From: an uncultured virus (IMG/VR IMGVR_UViG_3300020526_000001) | Lineage: Duplodnaviria; Heunggongvirae; Uroviricota; Caudoviricetes | Reading direction: 5' to 3' (one strand) | Virus record (IMG/VR): IMGVR_UViG_3300020526_000001 | Length of the DNA stretch: 20,000 nucleotides | Shown: one piece after another, positions 14,299-20,000 of the stretch | Position numbering within the stretch: the first letter of the stretch is position 1 | How the letters are laid out: the number at the start of each line of letters is the position of its first letter | Notes under the pieces: model-generated | What the model saw: the letters and a program-made list of their open reading frames with translations, nothing else | What the model was told of the DNA's origin: nothing | Databases searched by the model: none | Position numbers and translations under genes: made by a program

Positions 14299-14987
14299 GT
14301 TGGAGAAATTCTTTATTAGATATTGCAGTTAACGAACATAATAGTTTCGAAAAAGAAGAATTGGTAAATTATGATGTTTATCAATTTGGTGTTTTCAATG
14401 GTGGGTCAATGAAAGAAATTGCTTCCATTTTAAATAAGCACAAAATAGAAGTGAATACTTTTCACGGGTTTGATGTTTTTACGGGAATGCCAAAAGAAAC
14501 AGCAGAACCTATTTTCCAAGATTCTTGGAATCCAGATATTTTTCCAGATGAATTCAATGTTCTTAAATATATGAGTCTGGATACCCCAGATGATTGTGCA
14601 AAGTATATTGAGCAAGAAGTTCAGAATATCTTTACAGGTAAAAATAATCAAAGTAAAGTATCTGTTGTTGCTGGACTTGTTGAGGAAACTCTTCCAAAAC
14701 AAAAAGATTTAAACCCAGCATTTTATGTCGATTTTGATTTAGATATCTATTCCCCAACAAAATATGCATTTGATTATTTGATGGAGAATAACCTCATTGT
14801 TCCTGGTACTTTAATTGGATATGATGATTGGGGTGGAACTCCAGGATTTGAGGAATTTAAAGACGGAGAATCACGAGCACATAAAGAGATTCTGGATAAG
14901 TGGGGAATCTCTATGACTAAATTATATCAAAATGGATATGCGTATCCACACGTACAAACTCTTTGGATAGTAGATAGCTTAGAATGA
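14295..14987 (+). CDS. TylF/MycF-like SAM-dependent sugar O-methyltransferase
   Basis: QFGVFNGGS, GFDVFTGMP, GLVEETLP, DFDLDIYSPT, PGTLIGYDDW. Confidence 0.75.
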   Translation: MSWRNSLLDIAVNEHNSFEKEELVNYDVYQFGVFNGGSMKEIASILNKHKIEVNTFHGFDVFTGMPKETAEPIFQDSWNPDIFPDEFNVLKYMSLDTPDDCAKYIEQEVQNIFTGKNNQSKVSVVAGLVEETLPKQKDLNPAFYVDFDLDIYSPTKYAFDYLMENNLIVPGTLIGYDDWGGTPGFEEFKDGESRAHKEILDKWGISMTKLYQNGYAYPHVQTLWIVDSLE

Positions 14988-15832
14988 AAATTTCAGTATT
15001 AGGTTCAAGTGGTCAGGTTGGAGCATATCTGACCGAATATCTTCGTGGAAAAGGTCATACCGTCAATGAATTTGATGTTGTGAATGGATCAGAACAAGAT
15101 ATGACAGTTATTCCAAATCAAAACCTGGAAGATAATATTAAAGATTCTGATTTTGTATTCTTCCTTGCATTTGATGTGGGTGGTTCTCGTTATCTTAAAA
15201 AGTATCAGCACACATTCCAGTTCATTGATAACAATGCACGTCTGATGGCAAATGCTTTTGGACTTCTTAAGAAGTATAATAAGAGGTTTGTTTTTGCCTC
15301 ATCTCAGATGAGTAATATGAGTTATTCTCCATACGGAGTTCTGAAGAATGTTGGTGAACTTTATACCAAGTCTCTCAATGGACTTATTGTTAAGTTCTGG
15401 AATGTATATGGTATTGAAAAAGATCACGATAAAGCACACGTTATTACTGACTTCATCCGTAAAGGATTTGAGACTGGTGTAATCGATATGCTTACTGATG
15501 GTCAAGAGCAACGTGAGTTTCTTTATGCTGAAGATTGCTGCGAAGCACTAGAGGCAATTATGGAAAACTATAATGACTTTACTTCGGAAGATAATCTTCA
15601 CATCACAAGTTTCCATTCCACAAAGATTCTTGATATTGCAAATATTATTTCTGGTCAATTTAATTTGATTGATAAGTCAGTGAAGATTCAACCATCAGAA
15701 GAAAAAGATTCTGTTCAAATGGATAAGAGAAATCTTCCAGATACATATTTGACTAAGTGGTGGATGCCAAAAACAACTATCGAGCAAGGCATTGCTAAAG
15801 TCTTTGAGGCAATGAAGAATGAGCAAGTTTAA
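14984..15832 (+). CDS. NAD-dependent epimerase/dehydratase (extended SDR)
   Basis: GSSGQVG, FASS, YGVLK (YxxxK), WNVYG, DGQEQREFLYAED. Confidence 0.85.
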   Translation: MKISVLGSSGQVGAYLTEYLRGKGHTVNEFDVVNGSEQDMTVIPNQNLEDNIKDSDFVFFLAFDVGGSRYLKKYQHTFQFIDNNARLMANAFGLLKKYNKRFVFASSQMSNMSYSPYGVLKNVGELYTKSLNGLIVKFWNVYGIEKDHDKAHVITDFIRKGFETGVIDMLTDGQEQREFLYAEDCCEALEAIMENYNDFTSEDNLHITSFHSTKILDIANIISGQFNLIDKSVKIQPSEEKDSVQMDKRNLPDTYLTKWWMPKTTIEQGIAKVFEAMKNEQV

Positions 15833-16619
15833 GATTAATCTTTACTGCAATGATTCTCTTCTTCCCTCAACCTCAGATAAAAACACTTCTAAGTTTACTG
15901 AGTGGGTTTATGATGGTTCTGGAGAAGTTAATTTCTATGTAAATCAACGTTCTCTAGAAGCATTTTCTACAGTTCAGACTAAACCAACATATATTTGGTT
16001 GTTGGAATCCAAGCAAATCATCAAACCAATCTATGATTGGGTTATTAAAAACTATGAGTTTGCTGCTACTAGAGTTGATGGTATTTTCAGTTGTGATAGA
16101 GAATTATGTGAAAAATATCCTAAAATTAAATATGCACTTAGCAATGCTGCACCTTGGGTTGTAGATAGACAGATATTTGAGAAGACTAAATTAGTTTCTA
16201 TGGTATCTTCAAATAAGTCTATGGTTCCAGGGCATATAAAGAGACTTGAGTTTGTAAATAAGTTTAAGGACCAAGTTGATTTATTTGGTAGGGGTATCCG
16301 AGATATTTCTAGTAAAGAAGAAGCACTAAAGGATTATATGTTCTCTATTGCAGTAGAAAACGCAGTCTATGATACTTATTTCACTGAGAAAATTACAGAT
16401 TGCTTTGCTACAGGAACTATTCCAATTTTTTATGGATGTAGAGGAATTACCGAGTATTTCAATGAAGACGGAATTATATTCTTAGATGATGATTTCGATA
16501 CTTCTTCATTGACAGAAGATCTTTATTATTCTAAAATTGATGCAGTTAAAGATAATTTTGAACGTTCTTTAAACCTTCCTGTTGCGGAAGATTTTATTTA
16601 TACCAACTATTTTAAATGA
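15819..16619 (+). CDS. Glycosyltransferase family 10 (alpha-1,3-fucosyltransferase-like)
   Basis: SMVSSNK and YMFSIAVENAVYDTYFTEKITDCFATGTIPIFYG, the alpha-1,3-FucT motif. Confidence 0.85.
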   Translation: MSKFKINLYCNDSLLPSTSDKNTSKFTEWVYDGSGEVNFYVNQRSLEAFSTVQTKPTYIWLLESKQIIKPIYDWVIKNYEFAATRVDGIFSCDRELCEKYPKIKYALSNAAPWVVDRQIFEKTKLVSMVSSNKSMVPGHIKRLEFVNKFKDQVDLFGRGIRDISSKEEALKDYMFSIAVENAVYDTYFTEKITDCFATGTIPIFYGCRGITEYFNEDGIIFLDDDFDTSSLTEDLYYSKIDAVKDNFERSLNLPVAEDFIYTNYFK

Positions 16620-17272
16620 GTCAATACAAATATTTTTCGGAAAATAATGTTAAAGTCGATGGAGTAATTCACGTTGGTGCTCATCGTGGTGAAGAAATTT
16701 ATGATTATGAAAAACTTGGTGCTAAACAAATTATCTGGGTTGAACCAAACCCAGATGTTTTTAAAGAATTGGAAATTGCATTAAGTCGAGCAGAAACAAC
16801 GGTAGAGTCTCATGGATTTTGTGTAGCAGCAAGCGATAGTGATTGTGAAGAGATTGATTTTCATATTTGCTATGGACCAGATGCTGGATTTATGACTGGC
16901 AATAAAGGTTGCTCTTCACTTCTTAAACCAAAAGGAAGATTTGAGGAGTGGCATAGAGAAACTATTAAAGTTGAAACTGTAAAGTTGGATACTCTTATTG
17001 AGTCTAATGAATTTAATTATTCTGATTTTCAACTTTTGGATATGGATACACAAGGTGCAGAACTTCTTGTTCTGAGGGGTGCTACTAAAGTCCTTGAAGA
17101 AGTTAAGTATGTAACCACAGAAGCAACTTGGAATAATCCAGATTACGTTAATAATGTAATGTTTGATGAACTCAAGGATTATTTGAAAGGATTTGGGTTT
17201 GAGCACGTAGAAACTTTTGAGCATACTTCTGATTGGGGAGATGCACTTTTTGTAAAAACAAATAAGGAGTAA
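16616..17272 (+). CDS. FkbM-family methyltransferase
   Basis: IHVGAHRGE, VEPNP, SSLLKP, VKLDTL, MDTQGAELLVLRGA, WGDALF. Confidence 0.88.
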   Translation: MSQYKYFSENNVKVDGVIHVGAHRGEEIYDYEKLGAKQIIWVEPNPDVFKELEIALSRAETTVESHGFCVAASDSDCEEIDFHICYGPDAGFMTGNKGCSSLLKPKGRFEEWHRETIKVETVKLDTLIESNEFNYSDFQLLDMDTQGAELLVLRGATKVLEEVKYVTTEATWNNPDYVNNVMFDELKDYLKGFGFEHVETFEHTSDWGDALFVKTNKE

Positions 17273-17273
17273 A

Positions 17274-18167
17274 ATGGCAATTTCATTTAATGGTCTTGGC
17301 AATGCTGGACGACTTGGAAATCAAATGTTCCAATATGCTGCTATTCGAGGTATTGCGGCAAATCGTGGTTTTGATTGGATGATTCCCCCAGAGGGATCAG
17401 ATAGGTGTGATAATTATGGACTTTTTGATGCATTTAAGTTGAGTAATTGCAAAGATAAAAACCAAGGAGAACAATCAAAACAGACAATTTCTTGGAGAGA
17501 ATTCCACTTTAATGAGAAAATTTTTAATGAATGTCCTGACAATGTAGATATTGACGGATATTTTCAATCTGAAAAGTATTTTAAAAATATTTCAGATGAA
17601 ATTCGTCAAGATTTTGTATTTAAAGATGAGTGGTTAGAACCCTGCAAAGAATATATTGAAAGTATTGGTAATGATAAACTAGTATTCCTGCACGTTCGTA
17701 GAGGAAATCCCAATCTCCAGGGAGTAAGAGGAGAGCGTTGGTCATATCAAATGCTTCAACAATATCATCCTTTGTGTAAATTTGATTATTATGAGGAAGC
17801 ACTTAAGGAATTTGATGATTCTTATCAAGTGATTGTTTTTTCTGACGTTATTGAATGGTGCAAAAATCAAGAATTTTTTAAAGGAGATAAATTCTTGTTT
17901 TCTGATAATTCACTTGAATTGTTTTCAGATGGTGCTTCTGTTCCTTATATTGATCTTTGCTTGATGTCTCTTTGTTCTGACGCTATTATTGCTAATAGTT
18001 CTCTTTCATGGTGGGGTGCTTGGTTAATTGGTAATCCAAATAAAAAAGTAGTTGCACCAAAACCTTGGTTTGGTCCAGCATATGATTATTATATTATGGA
18101 TGATTTGATTCCAGATGGTTGGATTGAAAAATATAACGATCCTAAAGAAATTGCACCTGAGGTTTGA
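17274..18167 (+). CDS. Glycosyltransferase family 11 (alpha-1,2-fucosyltransferase-like)
   Basis: GRLGNQMFQYA, GYFQSEKYF, HVRRG, FSD, DLCLMSLC, IIANSSLSWWGAWL. Confidence 0.9.
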   Translation: MAISFNGLGNAGRLGNQMFQYAAIRGIAANRGFDWMIPPEGSDRCDNYGLFDAFKLSNCKDKNQGEQSKQTISWREFHFNEKIFNECPDNVDIDGYFQSEKYFKNISDEIRQDFVFKDEWLEPCKEYIESIGNDKLVFLHVRRGNPNLQGVRGERWSYQMLQQYHPLCKFDYYEEALKEFDDSYQVIVFSDVIEWCKNQEFFKGDKFLFSDNSLELFSDGASVPYIDLCLMSLCSDAIIANSSLSWWGAWLIGNPNKKVVAPKPWFGPAYDYYIMDDLIPDGWIEKYNDPKEIAPEV

Positions 18168-18168
18168 T

Positions 18169-18987
18169 ATGGAAATTGATTTTTTACTACCTTGTCGAAT
18201 AGAATCAGAAGATAGACTTAGAAATGTCATTACTTCGGTGACATATCTTCTATCTAATTTTCCAAATTCCAATGTTATTATTAAAGAAGTTGATTCTCAT
18301 TCTCATTTTAAATTCAGAGCACTTCCAGAAATAAAAAAATATACAGATACTACCAACTTAATTCATCATTTTGAAGATAGTCAGGAAAAATTTTTCCATA
18401 AAACTAAAATTTTAAATGACCTTCTTTGTTTATCAACAAAAGATATTGTTTACAATTATGATGTTGATGTTATAATTCCCTACGATAGTATTCTTTTTTC
18501 TAATCAGGCAATAATTAATAATCAATGTGATGCTGTTTATCCATTTGGTTGCGGTGTATATCAATGGGCAGTAAATTATTCTTCCGAGTTACTGGAAAAG
18601 TTTATTTTAAGTAAGTTTGATTTAAATGTGATTATACAACAATCCGATAGAAGATCTTCTACTATTGGTTGGGGACAAATGATAAAGAGGAAAGTTTATA
18701 TCGATAGTTACATGTGGAACGAAAATTTTATTTCTTGGGGTGCTGAGGATTGTGAATTTTATTATCGGTTAAGTTCTCTTGGATATACTATTGGGAGAGT
18801 GAATGATGATGTATTCCATCTTGAGCATGGACGAACATTTAATTCTCACTATAATAATCCTAAGTTCTCTGATAATTATAAGTTGTGGCAATGGATGAGA
18901 AATCAAGATAAAGAAACAATAGTAGAATATTATGAAAACCAAGAATATGTTAAAGAAAGGAGGAAAGAATTAAATGTTAGCCTTTAA
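18169..18987 (+). CDS. GT-A glycosyltransferase (GT2/GT7 C-terminal-like)
   Basis: YDVD (DxD), WNENFISWGAEDCEF, VFHLEH; ATG 18169 with GAGG upstream preferred over 18115. Confidence 0.8.
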   Translation: MEIDFLLPCRIESEDRLRNVITSVTYLLSNFPNSNVIIKEVDSHSHFKFRALPEIKKYTDTTNLIHHFEDSQEKFFHKTKILNDLLCLSTKDIVYNYDVDVIIPYDSILFSNQAIINNQCDAVYPFGCGVYQWAVNYSSELLEKFILSKFDLNVIIQQSDRRSSTIGWGQMIKRKVYIDSYMWNENFISWGAEDCEFYYRLSSLGYTIGRVNDDVFHLEHGRTFNSHYNNPKFSDNYKLWQWMRNQDKETIVEYYENQEYVKERRKELNVSL

Positions 18988-19831
18988 TCAATTGGGAAAT
19001 GTTGGAAGATTGGGAAATCAAATGTTCCAATATGCTGCTCTTAAGGGTATTGCTAAAAGAATGGGATATGATTATTGTATACCTCCCTTCAATTCTCCCA
19101 GAGTAGATAACTATAGTTTAAATAAATGCTTTAAATTGAGTTCTCTTAATAGTAATAATTTTGGTATACTTGATAGAGGACATGCACCAATCGTTATCGA
19201 AAAGCATTTCCATTATGATGAAGAACTGCACGGTCTTTGTCCAAATGATGTGAGTATTCATGGATTTTTTCAATCTGAAAAATACTTCAAACATATTGGT
19301 GATGAAATTCGTGAAGACTTTACTTTCTATGATGAGTTTCTCACTGCTTGTTCAGAATTAATTAATTCACTTGATGCTGCACCTTTATTTCTTCATGTTC
19401 GTCGTGGTGATCCAAACTTAACAGATGCAAGGGGATTTAAATGGTCTTATACGCAGTGCTCTTCTCAGCATCCTCCCCAATCTTTGGAATACTATGAAGA
19501 GGCATTAAAAAAGTTTCCCGACAATCAACCCGTTATTGTTTGTTCTGATTCTCCAGAATGGGTGCAAGAACAGGAGATTTTTAATGGAGATAGATTTTTT
19601 GTTTCTGAACCTGAAGAGAAGTATCCAGATGGATCATATACTCCTTATGTTGATCTTTGTTTAATGTCTCTTTGTTCTGGTGCAATCATTGCAAATAGTT
19701 CTCTTTCCTGGTGGGGAGCTTGGTTGCAGAATGGAAGAGGAACTGTGGTTGCACCAAAAAATTGGTTTGGACCAGATTATGCTGATAAAGAAACCAAAGA
19801 TTTGTATTGTGATGATTGGATTGTACTATGA
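18974..19831 (+). CDS. Glycosyltransferase family 11 (second paralog)
   Basis: GRLGNQMFQYA, GFFQSEKYF, HVRRGD, IIANSSLSWWGAWL. Confidence 0.9.
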   Translation: MLAFNQLGNVGRLGNQMFQYAALKGIAKRMGYDYCIPPFNSPRVDNYSLNKCFKLSSLNSNNFGILDRGHAPIVIEKHFHYDEELHGLCPNDVSIHGFFQSEKYFKHIGDEIREDFTFYDEFLTACSELINSLDAAPLFLHVRRGDPNLTDARGFKWSYTQCSSQHPPQSLEYYEEALKKFPDNQPVIVCSDSPEWVQEQEIFNGDRFFVSEPEEKYPDGSYTPYVDLCLMSLCSGAIIANSSLSWWGAWLQNGRGTVVAPKNWFGPDYADKETKDLYCDDWIVL

Positions 19832-20000
19832 AAGAAATTAATAAATCTGCATATAAACTAAAAAATATTGGTCCAATTTATTATTTGAATCTGGATGGTC
19901 AACCAGAAAGGCGTGAGTATATGGAAGACCAATTTAAATATTGGGAAATTAATAACTATACTCGTATATCTGCATATGATGGTAGAGAAGATGATCTAAG
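19828..20000 (+). CDS. Glycosyltransferase family 25-like (3'-truncated)
   Basis: Hand-translated MKEINKSAYKLKNIGPIYYLNLDGQPERREYMEDQF...TRISAYDGR matches the GT25 N-terminus (YxINL..RR..RxxAxDG). Confidence 0.75.
   Translation, partial: MKEINKSAYKLKNIGPIYYLNLDGQPERREYMEDQFKYWEINNYTRISAYDGREDDL

Overview
AT-rich, all plus-strand segment of a T4-like cyanophage (Kyanoviridae-type myovirus; a freshwater lineage is possible but not provable here). Order: class Ia ribonucleotide reductase nrdA (5'-truncated) and nrdB; a late-promoter module of two large modular Glu-punctuated proteins (one carrying a HAD-phosphatase domain) flanking a 156-aa hypothetical; a short GIY-YIG nuclease; a signal-peptide phage-tail-type lysozyme behind a structured leader; tRNA-Gly(TCC); a translationally coupled run of microproteins containing the auxiliary metabolic genes talC, gnd and a 39-aa ndhP missed by the ORF track; a tandem-pseudoknot RNA (manA/wcaG-like) overlapping the end of a small membrane ORF; and a glycan cluster (GDP-mannose 3,5-epimerase-like, TylF and FkbM methyltransferases, SDR epimerase, GT10, two GT11, GT7-like, GT25 partial). 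Three intergenic hairpins overlap or abut sigma70 -35 boxes. All calls come from motif recognition by eye; no searches were run.
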